Under the pieces are notes generated by a model that saw only the letters and a list, made by a program, of their open reading frames with translations, made no database searches and had not been told where the DNA came from. Below, piece after piece: positions 10,729 to 23,682 of a stretch of 64,000 nt of DNA (the first letter of the stretch is position 1; each line of letters starts with the position of its first letter). This stretch comes from Antedon mediterranea (taxonomy: Eukaryota; Animalia; Echinodermata): positions 35,709,648 through 35,773,647 of the forward strand of contig NC_092673.1 in assembly GCF_964355755.1 (NCBI RefSeq), given 5' to 3'. A program made the position numbers and the translations under genes.

Positions 10729-11712
10729 CTATGCATTTAGGCCTATATTCCTCAGTTCTACAACTTGACTACTTTGATTTTCTCCTAACTTAAAATAGTT
10801 AAGTAAGGTTGTCTTGATATTGTTAGTAAATACAATGTACAAATACGGATTAATAGCAGAGTTTAAATATCCTAACCAAGTGAGTCCAAAAAAAACGTTT
10901 AAGTTGATATATACACCTGGGAGATGCGCAATCAAGTTATTCACAGTGAAGTAAGGCAACCAACAAAGGACAAAACAACCCACGATAATACCGATGGTGA
11001 TGGCTGCTTTATTTTCACGCCTTCGTGCCTGATGCAAACACGATGACGTCACAGCATTTATAGCATTTATCTTCTTTGATTGTATCTTTGCTTCGTTGTA
11101 TAACTTGTAGTATAGCGTACATATTATGATAAGCGAAAAATAAAACGTAAAAAATGCGGAAAGAATAGAGTAAATTATGTTATAAATCAAATAACACGTG
11201 CCCTCTGGTCTTGTGTAATTTCGTGGACGGTCGAGTTTGAGACCGACTGGGATTCCCGCCCAACAAGATGACGTCAACCAGATGCAGACGATTAAAGTGC
11301 AAATAACACGTTTTGACATTTTGGAGGAGTAGTAAAATGGCCATTTAATGGATACGAACCGAACACCAGCGATGGTACAAAGGGTGAACATCGAGGCTGT
11401 ACACGACACAAAGTCTGTCATTAACCACACCTCACAAAATATCGAACCCCATTTCCAGATACCAGAAAAATAATAGTCGATTGAGAAAGGCATAACGATC
11501 GCAGACACAATCATATCAGCCACAGATAAGTTCAAAACGAGTATATTTTGATGATTATGCAAATGTTTGTTTACGACAACTACAATAATTAGAACAGCAT
11601 TACCCGCTATCGATACGCAAGCAATACAAGATAATAAAACAGCAATATATATGTTAATAGTTGGCTCATTTGAATGCATCGAGTCGTCGGATGATAAATT
11701 TGACGGAGTCAT
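10729..11712 (-). CDS. Class A aminergic GPCR, divergent (histamine H2 / beta-octopamine / TAAR-like orphan), single coding exon
   Basis: 327 aa, seven TM segments: GN, LSVAD, TM3 Asp (TDFVSCTAS), CWLPYF, WLGYLNSAINPYLY. DRY position reads VRF. Confidence 0.9.
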   Translation of the reverse strand: MTPSNLSSDDSMHSNEPTINIYIAVLLSCIACVSIAGNAVLIIVVVVNKHLHNHQNILVLNLSVADMIVSAIVMPFSIDYYFSGIWKWGSIFCEVWLMTDFVSCTASMFTLCTIAGVRFVSIKWPFYYSSKMSKRVICTLIVCIWLTSSCWAGIPVGLKLDRPRNYTRPEGTCYLIYNIIYSILSAFFTFYFSLIIICTLYYKLYNEAKIQSKKINAINAVTSSCLHQARRRENKAAITIGIIVGCFVLCWLPYFTVNNLIAHLPGVYINLNVFFGLTWLGYLNSAINPYLYIVFTNNIKTTLLNYFKLGENQSSQVVELRNIGLNA

Positions 11713-12572
11713 GACATAACTTTCCTCGTTAATCCACTCTTTGAAGTCTCTGCACTTAAATAAATCTAAATGAAGCTTGTTGAATCTAAATTTGAATCTG
11801 TAAAAGAGAAAGATTTAATGAAGAGAGGTAATGCCTCTCGTCTTCTCTTTGTCAAGATTGTACAGATCACTCTTATAAACCTGATACATCTCGCCATATA
11901 CAAATACGTTTATTGTAATACACAAGAAGTGACCTAAATAATAATATTACAGCACAATTCTGAACAGAAATTCACTTACATGAATCAACTAACACAGACT
12001 CTCCTCAAGTGAACAAAAATGTCTAAGACGGCAAGAAGACGAATATGCAAGCCTAAACAAACGGCGGCGGTTAACGTAATCTATTTAAACTAATCAACGA
12101 ATGCGGCAATTTATATCTAAAACAGGACTATTCCATTATGTATACATTTATTTAGGTCTAGAAATGATGTATATTGTACGGTACACCGTAACAAAAGATG
12201 GATGATGTCGTGCGCAGATTCCGTCATTCACTTCCGAATGTGTGACATCAATTATCTATTTACTTAATTGAAAGGGCGATACGACTTTAATTAAGTAAGT
12301 ACCTGATATTTTACGGTATTGTAGTGTACTTATTATTTTTACATTTATTAAACAACACATTAAACATTTAGTACATACTTAAATTTGCATTTATGATCTC
12401 CATAAGCAAAACAAAAATATATATAAATCTTCGTGTTGGTGGTGTGATATTCTGAAATTAATCAACTTCGATGATGTAATGCTACACTATACCATAGCAA
12501 CAATGTCGGGTCATCAATGATCACTAATGTTAATATAATTGATGAGCTGTTTTATCAAATTCAATTTTTTGT

Positions 12573-12810
12573 AGTGGAGCTGTAGCTTGGTGGTTAACGT
12601 GCTTGCCTTCCAATCCCAATGTCCCGGGTTCAATCCTGACCTAGTGCAGGGTTGTAACTCATGACTCTTTCAACTCCACTCCCTAAGCCTCAAATGAGAC
12701 TTAGTTTATAAGCACGATAAATTATTAAATAGTTTATCCATCCTGTAATTGGCGAGTTACTCGCTGTTGGATGAGTATGAAATAAAAAAAATAAAAAAAA
12801 ATAAAAAAAA
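12573..12810 (+). mobile_element. tRNA-derived SINE family 1 (Gly-TCC-like head)
   Basis: A-box tagcttggtgg, loop gccttccaa, B-box ggttcaatcc, unique body, A-rich tail; copies at about 43296-43566 (-) and 55112-55295 (-). Confidence 0.85.
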
Positions 12811-13808
12811 GTAAATTTATGGATAAAAAATCGATAAAGCGGTCAATTAATGATAATTTACTCATTCAACATTTGACCGACTTTGCTTCGTGTTCAGCAA
12901 AAGAGAAAGTTTGGGTTCCAGACGGAGTTTTGACTTAATATTAGTAAAAAGATAAATAGTTTTGCACATATGGTGTTTCATACGTATACTACGTTTCTCC
13001 AGACAAAAATCGAAACGTCGACAAGTGAACTAACATAAAAAAGACAATAAATACAGGCAAGTCTACAGCAGAGACTGCATCTATGCCGCCATTTTATACG
13101 GATATGCACAGTGATCATGTTAATCAGTATATGCCATAATAAATTAGAATAAAATGATTGTATTAGTAATTTATTTACAAAACAAACAATCACACATACA
13201 TCAAACATGTTATAGACCCGGGAAACTCAAACAGCAAACTTTTGATGGGACGTCTCAGTCTACTACCTATAAAGTTATCCGACGGAACTAAATTTTGGTA
13301 GGCCGCTAATTTCCACGTTTGAATTTGACAACAAGTAAACACATGGCATGGTACACTCGCTCGACCGACTTGCAAACCGGTATAGTCTACGTGCATGAGC
13401 GATTTATCGTCAAAGAGCAAAAGCAAAGGCCAAGTAGTCAATTCGTCACTTGGACTATTTTATTTAAAATTGCATTTCAAACATACCATATCTTTCCTTC
13501 GTCTTCTTCGTTTTTAACGGCTAAAAGGACGTCGTCTGTTGCATGCTCACTGGTTCTTTTGCAACTAAGAAGCATACCGTATTGATTACGTAATATGCTA
13601 GTGTTCTTATGTAAAGAATTTGTGACGTAGTACTCTAATAAGCAACTGTATTTATTTCAAAATAAAACATTGTATTGTATAAACAGAGAGAAACGGAATT
13701 AAGCTGTCTAGGATGTGACGTAACGACGTGGCGCAACGCAACTAGGTTGGCCAATAATCACTTCAAATGATCCGTGTCATTATTGGTCAAATTGCTTGCG
13801 TTGAGCTT

Positions 13809-14042
13809 AAGCTTGGTTCCCACTAGGGACGCAACGCAAGGACGTAACGCAACGTAAGTGATTTGACCAATCACAAGCGATGGATTATTCCAACAGTAGC
13901 TTGTCATTGATCAATTCACTTGCGTTGCGCGTACGTCCGGCTTTGCGTAGCGAGCTAGTGGGAGCCGCCGGCCACGCTTTAGGCCTACGTCCTTGCCTTG
14001 CGCGTACGTCATTGCGTTGCATATCTTGTGGGAACCACGCTT
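13809..14042. mobile_element. MITE family A, palindromic, Harbinger/PIF-like
   Basis: TIR AGCTTGGTTCCCACTAG with long internal palindrome (gacgcaacgcaagg...gaccaatcacaagcga...); about ten copies in the window. Confidence 0.8.
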
Positions 14043-14366
14043 CACACTGTCGGCGTCACTATATTTTATGTCACACAATTATATTTATAATAATATTATC
14101 TGTAATTAGCACCGTCCTTGTCGTCAATAAATAATAACATCGTTGTCACCATCGGCGTTTACTATCGATGTCTTTCCTGTATCGTCGTCACTGTCATCAT
14201 ACCACACATGACCATTCTTCATTTTTATTACGTCATTGTCATGGACAATTATAATTCTTACGGGTTTTACTATTTTTCTTGCTTGGCAATATCAACTAAT
14301 AAATATATTTACAAATGTGTTTTTGAGTATAAATGTTTCTGAAAGTGAATAATGCTGGATGAATTA

Positions 14367-17300
14367 TCAAACAAAGTAACTGCCTCTACGTGTTATCTTT
14401 GAGTCGTCTATAGTTTCGACAAATACGCTTATATGCGTAGATGGCGCACTCGGTCTCCGACCACATTGTTTCAAAGGTTTTGAAGATCTCGTCTGAAGAA
14501 AATGATTATAAATCCTTGTACTTTCCTCAAAAAATCGATCCATGTTTTGTAAATTATTGATAAACGAACATTCATCATCATCATCATCATCGCTACAATC
14601 AATATTATCGCTTACAGAGGCATTACGTAATACTATGTTTTTGGAAAATTCTTCTTGATTTGTATTTCTGGATTTATGGTGATCTTGCTCATCAGTTAGT
14701 GACCGGTCTATTTCTTGTTCAAGTATATCTTGTAGAATGTTATTATCACGACGTTCGTCGATACCTCGTCGTCGCCTCGACATCTTTCGGCTGCTGGCAA
14801 TTGGTTCTAACTGCACGTTATTGTTCATATTGTTGTTATGGTTTCGACACTTTGCAGGAGATATAATCGGTGAATCGGTACCGCTAACTGATGTGTATCT
14901 ATTAATGTTGCTAAGATAACGTAAGTCTCTTTGTTGCCTGCTGGCTTTACTACATCGACACGTCAGAAGTCTTCTAAACGCGTTCCGGAACGCTTTGTTC
15001 GAATAAGCGTATATGAAAGGATTTAAGAAACTGTTGCAATATCCAAGCCACACACACGTTTGGAACACAGTCACAGACACACATGACGCACAAATTTTAC
15101 CTGAAGAAAAAAAACCCAGTAATCATGTTATTAATAATGACAAAACAACGTATTTTTCAGCGGTTACCTAACACATTTAATAGTGTGCTTGTTACTTGTT
15201 TGGATATTTATTTTGTTATGATAGTTTAAATGTATTTAAGGGTAAAGTTGTTAAATCTCTATAATGTTCCAATCTTTGTTTATGTTATTGTTGCTTATTT
15301 GAATGTATTATTATAGTTTATTATGTTTTTAGATTCAACATGTTAGTGGCGGTTTGATCGTTGTTGGTTGTCAACTGAATAAAATAAAACAGTACTGTAG
15401 TAGTCAGATATAACCTGCACTTAGGAAGGTCTACACTATCAAACTAGTTTGCCAAAAAAGTGCGATGTGCCCAAATATTGTAGTGATATTCCCAAATACG
15501 ATAGTGATATGACATCATCATGTCCGTATATGGGCAAATCACATTTGTTAAAGTTTGATAGTGTAGACAGAGCGTTTAGTAGTGTTACCCGAAGGCCCTA
15601 CAATATCTTCCTGTCTGTTTTACTTTATCGTTTAGTAGTGTTACCCGAAGGCCCTACAATATCTTCCTGTCTGTTTTACTTTATCGTTTAGTAGTGTTAT
15701 CCGAAGGCCCTACAATATCTTCCTGTCTGTTTTACTTTATCGTTTAGTAGTGTTACCCGAAGGCCCTACAATATCTTCCTGTCTGTTTTACTTTATCGTT
15801 TAGTAGTGTTACCCGAAGGCCCTACAATATCTTCCTGTCTGTTTTACTTTATCGTTTAGTAGTGTTACCCGAAGGCTCTACAATATCTTCCTGTCTGTTT
15901 TACTTTATCGTTTAGTAGTGTTACCCGAAGGCCCTACAATATCTTCCTGTCTGTTTTACTTTATCGTTTAGTAGTGTTACCCGAAGGCCCTACAATATCT
16001 TCCTGTCTGTTTTACTTTATCGTTTAGTAGTGTTACCCGAAGGCTCTACAATATCTTCCTGTCTGTTTTACTTTATCGTTTAGTAGTGTTACCCGAAGGC
16101 TCTACAATATCTTCCTGTCTGTTTTACTTTATCGTTTAGTAGTGTTACCCGAAGGCCTTACAATATCTTCCTGTCTGTTTTACTTTATCGTTTAGTAGTG
16201 TTACCCGAAGGCCCTACAATATCTTCCTGTCTGTTTTACTTTATCGTTTAGTAGTGTTATCCGAAGGCCCTACAATATCTTCCTGTCTGTTTTACTTTAT
16301 CGTTTAGTAGTGTTACCCGAAGGCCCTACAATATCTTCCTGTCTGTTTTACTTTATCGTTTAGTAGTGTTACCCGAAGGCCCTACAATATCTTCCTGTCT
16401 GTTTTACTTTATCGTTTAGTAGTGTTACCCGAAGGCCCTAAAATATCTTCCTGTCTGTTTTACTTTATCGTTTAGTAGTGTTACCCGAAGGCCCTACAAT
16501 ATCTTCCTGTCTGTTTTACTTTATCGTTTAGTAGTGTTATCCGAAGGCCCTACAATATCTTCCTGTCTGTTTTACTTTATCGTTTAGTAGTGTTACCCGA
16601 AGGCCCTACAATATCTTCCTGTCTGTTTTACTTTATCGTTTAGTAGTGTTACCCGAAGGCCCTACAATATCTTCCTGTCTGTTTTACTTTATCGTTTAGT
16701 AGTGTTACCCGAAGGCCCTACAATATCTTCCTGTCTGTTTTACTTTATCGTTTAGTAGTGTTACCCGAAGGCCCTACAATATCTTCCTGTCTGTTTTACT
16801 TTATCGTTTAGTAGTGTTACCCGAAGGCCCTACAATATCTTCCTGTCTGTTTTACTTTATCGTTTAGTAGTGTTACCCGAAGGCCCTACAATATCTTCCT
16901 GTCTGTTTTACTTTATCGTTTAGTAGTGTTACCCGAAGGCCCTACAATATCTTCCTGTCTGTTTTACTTTATCGTTTAGTAGTGTTACCCGAAGGCCCTA
17001 CAATATCTTCCTGTCTGTTTTACTTTATCGTTTAGTAGTGTTACCCGAAGGCCCTACAATATCTTCCTGTCTGTTTTACTTTATCGTTTAGTAGTGTTAT
17101 CCGAAGGCCCTACAATATCTTCCTGTCTGTTTTACTTTATCGTTTAGTAGTGTTACCCGAAGGCCCTACAATATCTTCCTGTCTGTTTTACTTTATCGTT
17201 TAGTAGTGTTACCCGAAGGCCCTACAATATCTTCCTGTCTGTTTTACTTTATCGTTTAGTAGTGTTACCCGAAGGCCCTACAATATCTTCCTGTCTGTTT

Positions 17301-20300
17301 TACTTTATCGTTTAGTAGTGTTACCCGAAGGCCCTACAATATCTTCCTGTCTGTTTTACTTTATCGTTTAGTAGTGTTATCCGAAGGCCCTACAATATCT
17401 TCCTGTCTGTTTTACTTTATCGTTTAGTAGTGTTACCCGAAGGCCCTACAATATCTTCCTGTCTGTTTTACTTTATCGTTTAGTAGTGTTACCCGAAGGC
17501 CCTACAATATCTTCCTGTCTGTTTTACTTTATCGTTTAGTAGTGTTACCCGAAGGCCCTACAATATCTTCCTGTCTGTTTTACTTTATCGTTTAGTAGTG
17601 TTACCCGAAGGCCCTACAATATCTTCCTGTCTGTTTTACTTTATCGTTTAGTAGTGTTACCCGAAGGCCCTACAATATCTTCCTGTCTGTTTTACTTTAT
17701 CGTTTAGTAGTGTTACCCGAAGGCCCTACAATATCTTCCTGTCTGTTTTACTTTATCGTTTAGTAGTGTTACCCGAAGGCCCTACAATATCTTCCTGTCT
17801 GTTTTACTTTATCGTTTAGTAGTGTTACCCGAAGGCCCTACAATATCTTCCTGTCTGTTTTACTTTATCGTTTAGTAGTGTTACCCGAAGGCCCTACAAT
17901 ATCTTCCTGTCTGTTTTACTTTATCGTTTAGTAGTGTTACCCGAAGGCCCTACAATATCTTCCTGTCTGTTTTACTTTATCGTTTAGTAGTGTTACCCGA
18001 AGGCCCTACAATATCTTCCTGTCTGTTTTACTTTATCGTTTAGTAGTGTTACCCGAAGGCCCTACAATATCTTCCTGTCTGTTTTACTTTATCGTTTAGT
18101 AGTGTTACCCGAAGGCCCTACAATATCTTCCTGTCTGTTTTACTTTATCGTTTAGTAGTGTTACCCGAAGGCCCTACAATATCTTCCTGTCTGTTTTACT
18201 TTATCGTTTAGTAGTGTTACCCGAAGGCCCTACAATATCTTCCTGTCTGTTTTACTTTATCGTTTAGTAGTGTTACCCGAAGGCCCTACAATATCTTCCT
18301 GTCTGTTTTACTTTATCGTTTAGTAGTGTTACCCGAAGGCCCTACAATATCTTCCTGTCTGTTTTACTTTATCGTTTAGTAGTGTTACCCGAAGGCCCTA
18401 CAATATCTTCCTGTCTGTTTTACTTTATCGTTTAGTAGTGTTACCCGAAGGCCCTACAATATCTTCCTGTCTGTTTTACTTTATCGTTTAGTAGTGTTAC
18501 CCGAAGGCCCTACAATATCTTCCTGTCTGTTTTACTTTATCGTTTAGTAGTGTTACCCGAAGGCCCTACAATATCTTCCTGTCTGTTTTACTTTATCGTT
18601 TAGTAGTGTTACCCGAAGGCCCTACAATATCTTCCTGTCTGTTTTACTTTATCGTTTAGTAGTGTTACCCGAAGGCCCTACAATATCTTCCTGTCTGTTT
18701 TACTTTATCGTTTAGTAGTGTTACCCGAAGGCCCTACAATATCTTCCTGTCTGTTTTACTTTATCGTTTAGTAGTGTTACCCGAAGGCCCTACAATATCT
18801 TCCTGTCTGTTTTACTTTATCGTTTAGTAGTGTTACCCGAAGGCCCTACAATATCTTCCTGTCTGTTTTACTTTATCGTTTAGTAGTGTTACCCGAAGGC
18901 CCTACAATATCTTCCTGTCTGTTTTACTTTATCGTTTAGTAGTGTTACCCGAAGGCCCTACAATATCTTCCTGTCTGTTTTACTTTATCGTTTAGTAGTG
19001 TTATCCGAAGGCCCTACAATATCTTCCTGTCTGTTTTACTTTATCGTTTAGTAGTGTTACCCGAAGGCCCTACAATATCTTCCTGTCTGTTTTACTTTAT
19101 CGTTTAGTAGTGTTACCCGAAGGCCCTACAATATCTTCCTGTCTGTTTTACTTTATCGTTTAGTAGTGTTACCCGAAAGCCCTACAATATCTTCTTGTCT
19201 GTTTTACTTTATCGTTTAGTAGTGTTACCCGAAGGCCCTACAATATCTTCCTGTCTGTTTTACTTTATCGTTTAGTAGTGTTACCCGAAGGCCCTACAAT
19301 ATCTTCCTGTCTGTTTTACTTAGAATCTAGAATTTTGCTTATTTTATTTATCACCGACATAATTGTCATTTTTTCCAGTAATTTGACTTTTGATTTAATA
19401 AAAAAATAACCTGTTATTAGTACAGTATAGTATACTGACTTTTACGAGAACCCGATTTCCTCATACAATCCCCATTGAGTATTATAATAACAAAGAATGA
19501 TTATATTAACGCGTACATAGACATTCCATTCACAGGACGCGGTCGATGACGTGATAAAATTTGATTATTTTTTTTTAAATTGACATAAGATATTGCACTT
19601 TAATGATGTTTGACAACATTACAAATTAATTACAGTATTAACACAGATAAACTTCGAAACATTATTGTCAAACATTAATTGATATTTATATGTATTTAAA
19701 AATTGATTAGAGATTGAAATAAAAAAAAAAACTTACTAAAAGGAAAGACAAAGAAAAACGGGAACCAGCAGACTATGAAACCACCGATAACAAGTCCAAG
19801 CGTCTTTGCTGCCCTCTTTTGACGGTTAAACGTTGCAACTTTTTGAGAGAAACTTAACTTAGCTGCTGCCTTGTGATTGGCTGAAATACTGACATGAATC
19901 CTTAAAGTAACGGTGTTAGCGCCCTCACTAGTAATCACTGAAGTTTTGTAGCCAGCTTTGAGTCCTTCATTTTGTATAGCGACTTCACGGTAAATCCGAT
20001 AGTATATTATAAGGACGATGACTAGCGGTATGTAAAACGAACAAGATGTTGAAAATAGGACATAGTCGACGGAATCGGACATAGGACATTGGTTAGGATC
20101 GTCTAGCGTTGGCCTCCAACCAAACAAAGGCCCGCTTGCCACGGCGAACGAACACATCCAACTAATTCCAATCGTGAATAACGCTTTCTTTTTTGTCATT
20201 ATTAAATGATGCTTCAACGGGATTGTTACACCAATGTATCGGTCTATACCAATACAACATAATCCATATATAGAAGCAGTACAACATAATACATCTGTGG

Positions 20301-20601
20301 CCGCCCATATTAAACAGAAGTTTTCACCAAACACCCATTGTCCCATTATTTGGTAACTTCCGGCGAAAGGTATGACAATTACGCCAAGGAGCAAGTCTGC
20401 CACGGCGAGGTTGACAATGAAATAACTAGTTACGGTTCGCAACGATTTATCTGTTGTAACAGCTAACAAAATCAGAATATTACCAATCACAATCAATACA
20501 TTTACTGATAACAACCCGACTATCTTGCAAATCATACCTGCGTCCACTTCATAAAAGGTCGAATTTGGAGCGGTCGTCGAGTTCAGCGGCTTAACCATCA
20601 T
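14367..20601 (-). CDS. Alpha-1 adrenergic receptor-like GPCR; coding exons 20601-19737 and 15100-14367
   Basis: WAATDVLCCTASI..IGIDRYIGV, LRIH in ICL3, KRAAKTLG, CWFPFFFVFPF. Donor A|gtaag at 19736 and acceptor ttcttcag at 15101 join in phase 1 to SKICASCVSVTVFQTCVWLGYCNSFLNPFIY. A 5'UTR acceptor at 20684 implies an upstream exon. Confidence 0.9.
15428..15573. mobile_element. MITE family B copy (TCTACACTATCAAACT termini)
   Basis: gtctacactatcaaact ... agtttgatagtgtagacagagc; other copies near 22428, 35940-36058, 37143, 37947-38076, 54419-54569, 57032, 62268. Confidence 0.8.
15573..19322. repeat. Intronic satellite, 56-bp unit, about 67 near-identical copies
   Basis: Unit cgtttagtagtgttacccgaaggccctacaatatcttcctgtctgttttactttat, head to tail, no spacers, rare point variants. 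Confidence 0.98.
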
Positions 20602-20919
20602 GACAGGAGGAAAAGGAATTCCGAAGAAGGCGAATCGACATTTAAAAAAGTTAACACTGTGACGTCGGTCGACCCGGACATTTCTGAAAAACAAGCAATT
20701 AAATTGCAATGTTACAATTCTTAGGACCCAGTAAATTAATTAAATATTGCAACGACACACTCGTTAAGTGCAATCATTAATGAGTTATTTGAACTATGAA
20801 CTCCACCACGGCCATAACAAAGTTTAGATTTAAAATACTTTCTTTTGAATTTTGACGTCATACTAAATTCCAGTACTACAACTACACTGCTTCTGGTGGC
20901 AGGGTTTTAGTCAAAACGT

Positions 20920-21233
20920 TTGGTTCCCACGAGGACGCAAGTTGACCAATGACAGGCAACAGTTTGAATAATCCATTGCTTGTGATTGGTCAAATCATTT
21001 ACGTTGCGCTGATACGTCTTTGAGTTATGTCCAATCGTGACCCAATCATAACCAACACTATGCGTTACTTCTATCGGTCCTAAAGTGTGGTTCCAACTAC
21101 AGACGTAACGCAAGGACGTACGCGCAACGCAAGTAGTTGACAATGACAGTTCGAATAATCCATCGCTTTTGTCATTGGTAAAATCACTTACGTTACGCTT
21201 ACGTCATTGCGTTTCGTCATAGTGGGAACCAAG
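20920..21233. mobile_element. MITE family A, compound copies
   Basis: tggttcccac ... agtgggaaccaag termini with the family palindromic core; similar decayed copies at 25370-25670, 53845-53952, 57885-58025, 62631-62787. Confidence 0.7.
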
Positions 21234-22724
21234 TATACCATCGTGCTTGCGAAATTTAAAGAGTTTCTTCTCTGTTTGCTTTCGGCCAGCAGTAAAATAA
21301 ATCACTTACTCATCGTAAACTTACATAATTTCGCTAGTTTGTTTGTCATGTTTGTTATTTTAAACCACGTTAGTTGTTAGCATATCTTGTAAATTCAAGA
21401 AGTTGAAATAGGGGCCTGAATACTTTTGATGGGGTCGAAGATTACAGCTATAACTTTCCTTTTGTTTTACATTTTAGTTTTTTATAGGCCTATCTTTTGT
21501 ATGTTTTTGCTATGCATTTTATTTGCGAAATAAAGTTTTATATAAAGTTGATATTAGGTCTATTATAGCGATTATTATATTCTGCTTACCTTTATTACTG
21601 TATTATGCTCAAACGACGACATAATAATTCTTCGAACGTAATAATATTTACAGGTGTTTTGAGGTTTTTAAATATTAAAAGAAATACACATTTTAACGAT
21701 TTTATCTCTCATGACACTGAGAAATGTAACCGGAAAGTTCCGATTTGATGTTACGCAGATGTAAAGTTACGCGCTTACGTCACACGGTATTATTTATAGT
21801 TGTACAACAGCGGTTCTCTGCTAGCGGAACGTTTGCGTAACAATATAGTTTAACTTACAGCCATAAATTGAAATTATGTTTCTGAAATACAGACTACTTA
21901 TTTAAAATTAGAATTGCCGTAATCGCCATTGTTGCAATAATGCTCAAATGAGGTAAGAAAATGAGATAATTTGGTTATTATAACAGGGTTTAAATAGCCT
22001 CAAGGTACACGCGATATTAGCAATAATATATTCAAACTACTTACGAAGAATTACCCGAATCAGTTACTAACAACAATAATACCCAAAAGAATAACTACAA
22101 TGATGAGAAATAGTAAACAACCTAGACAAGATTTTCAGTAGGCCTAGCTAACTATACTGATAATGTCTATAAACTAGGTTTATTGCAAATAGCTTGATTT
22201 CGCGATCATTGCACAATGCATGATGGGAAGGGTTTTGGAGCAAACGTCACGTCGCGTACGTACAAACAACAAATCACGTTCGTACGCGCCGTGACGTTTG
22301 CTCCCAAACCCTTCTTCCCACCATGCGCGCAAATGACGTGAGTTATCCTGTTATTTAATTGTCTATGTCCTTATATAGTCTATTTTCCCATGTAAAAAAT
22401 GCACGTATACAGTTGCCTTAAGTTAAGTTCTGTCTACACTATCAAACTGTATGACAACAAAAATGTGCCCATATATGGACATGATGTCATATCACTACCA
22501 TATTTGGCCACATCGCACGTTATTCAGCGCTACAACGCGCTTGTTAATCAGAAACATTTCGTACCCAAATCAAAATATTGATTTTGTTTTTGTTTCTTTA
22601 AAATTCATTAAAAAAACTACAATAAGAATATTTTAATGTTTATGAAATAAACAGTAATTTAAAAATACGCCAGAGGCTGATTTATGGATCTTCATTTGAT
22701 CGTTTATAACACATTAATCCTGAA

Positions 22725-23310
22725 TTTATTGGCGCGAATTAAACGCGCTGAACAATTGCTATTTCAGATATTTTTTTTCTGACGTAAAAAATTGCGCAAC
22801 CAATAAGAACTCCGGAGGAATATTCGTTTCGCGCGAATTATATCCACCACCAGAGTGGGGATAACAGTTTAGACCTATACGCGCGTATTGAACACACTGA
22901 CGCGCGAATTGAAAGCATTAACTAATTGTAATCATGTTTTCCATTTTTTTCTGACGTCAGAAATGCGCAACCAATGAAAACTCCGGAGGAATGTTTGTTT
23001 CCCGCGAACATATTATCCACCAATGGATAACAGACTTTAGACCTATTCACGCGTATTGAAAGCATTGACTATTTGTTATTAAGATAACTTTTCCAATTTT
23101 TCTGACGTGAAAAATTGCGCAACCAATCAGAACACCGAAGGAATGTTCGTTTCGCGCGAAAATGTCAAACTTAAAGTCGATTTTCGACTAGGCGAATTTG
23201 TTTGCGCGAATCAAAAGCGTCAGCTTATACGCTTGTGTATTCAGTTTTCCGTCTTATAAATACCCCTCTACGCATGCGTATCAGTTGACGCGAATTGAAT
23301 GCGTTAACAT
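22725..23310. repeat. Three diverged direct repeats of roughly 150-175 bp, probably a transposon subterminal region
   Basis: Recurring ttttctgacgt..aaattgcgcaaccaat..aactccggaggaat.tt.gtttcgcgcgaa near 22775, 22948 and 23098. Confidence 0.7.
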
Positions 23311-23682
23311 AACATATAAATTACACCTCTTCAAAGTATAAAGATGTGAAATTCTATATGTGGAATCATATAGGCCTATTATATATATATTTAAATGGTA
23401 CGCTGTTGGTGTGATGGAAATAAAGATACAATATGGCCAGCATTCTAGTTCAGTTCAATTTATGTAAAGGAAATCATGAACACAATTCACATTGAAGGTA
23501 TTGTTATCTTTATAGATCAATTTTTTTCATTCAGTTCAAGCATGTACAATACGACCTTGATATTTTTTGTGATGGTTTCATTCATAACTACAAAATATAG
23601 TCGATACAAATTGAATATTGAATTTCATTTTTGTAACGCGCCTTGAGCACTCTTGAGTGGTATGTGCGCTATATAAATACTT

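Noticed and set aside
12573-12645. tRNA-Gly gene
   Set aside because: Acceptor and anticodon stems do not pair well, and it continues into a repeated body with an A-rich tail, so it is a SINE head.
15573-19322. CRISPR-like array (also considered for 848-1729, 47536-48423, 53115-53631, 60594-60860)
   Set aside because: Units are head to tail with no unique spacers, there are no cas genes and the context is eukaryotic.
20602-20709. N-terminal extension of the adrenergic receptor ORF
   Set aside because: Non-ATG start running across a splice acceptor at 20684; the first ATG is at 20601.
23636-23680. Short motif gcgccttgagcact...gtgcgctatataaat shared with 48868-48908
   Set aside because: Looks like an ordinary LINE/SINE 3' tail fragment rather than a conserved RNA or promoter.
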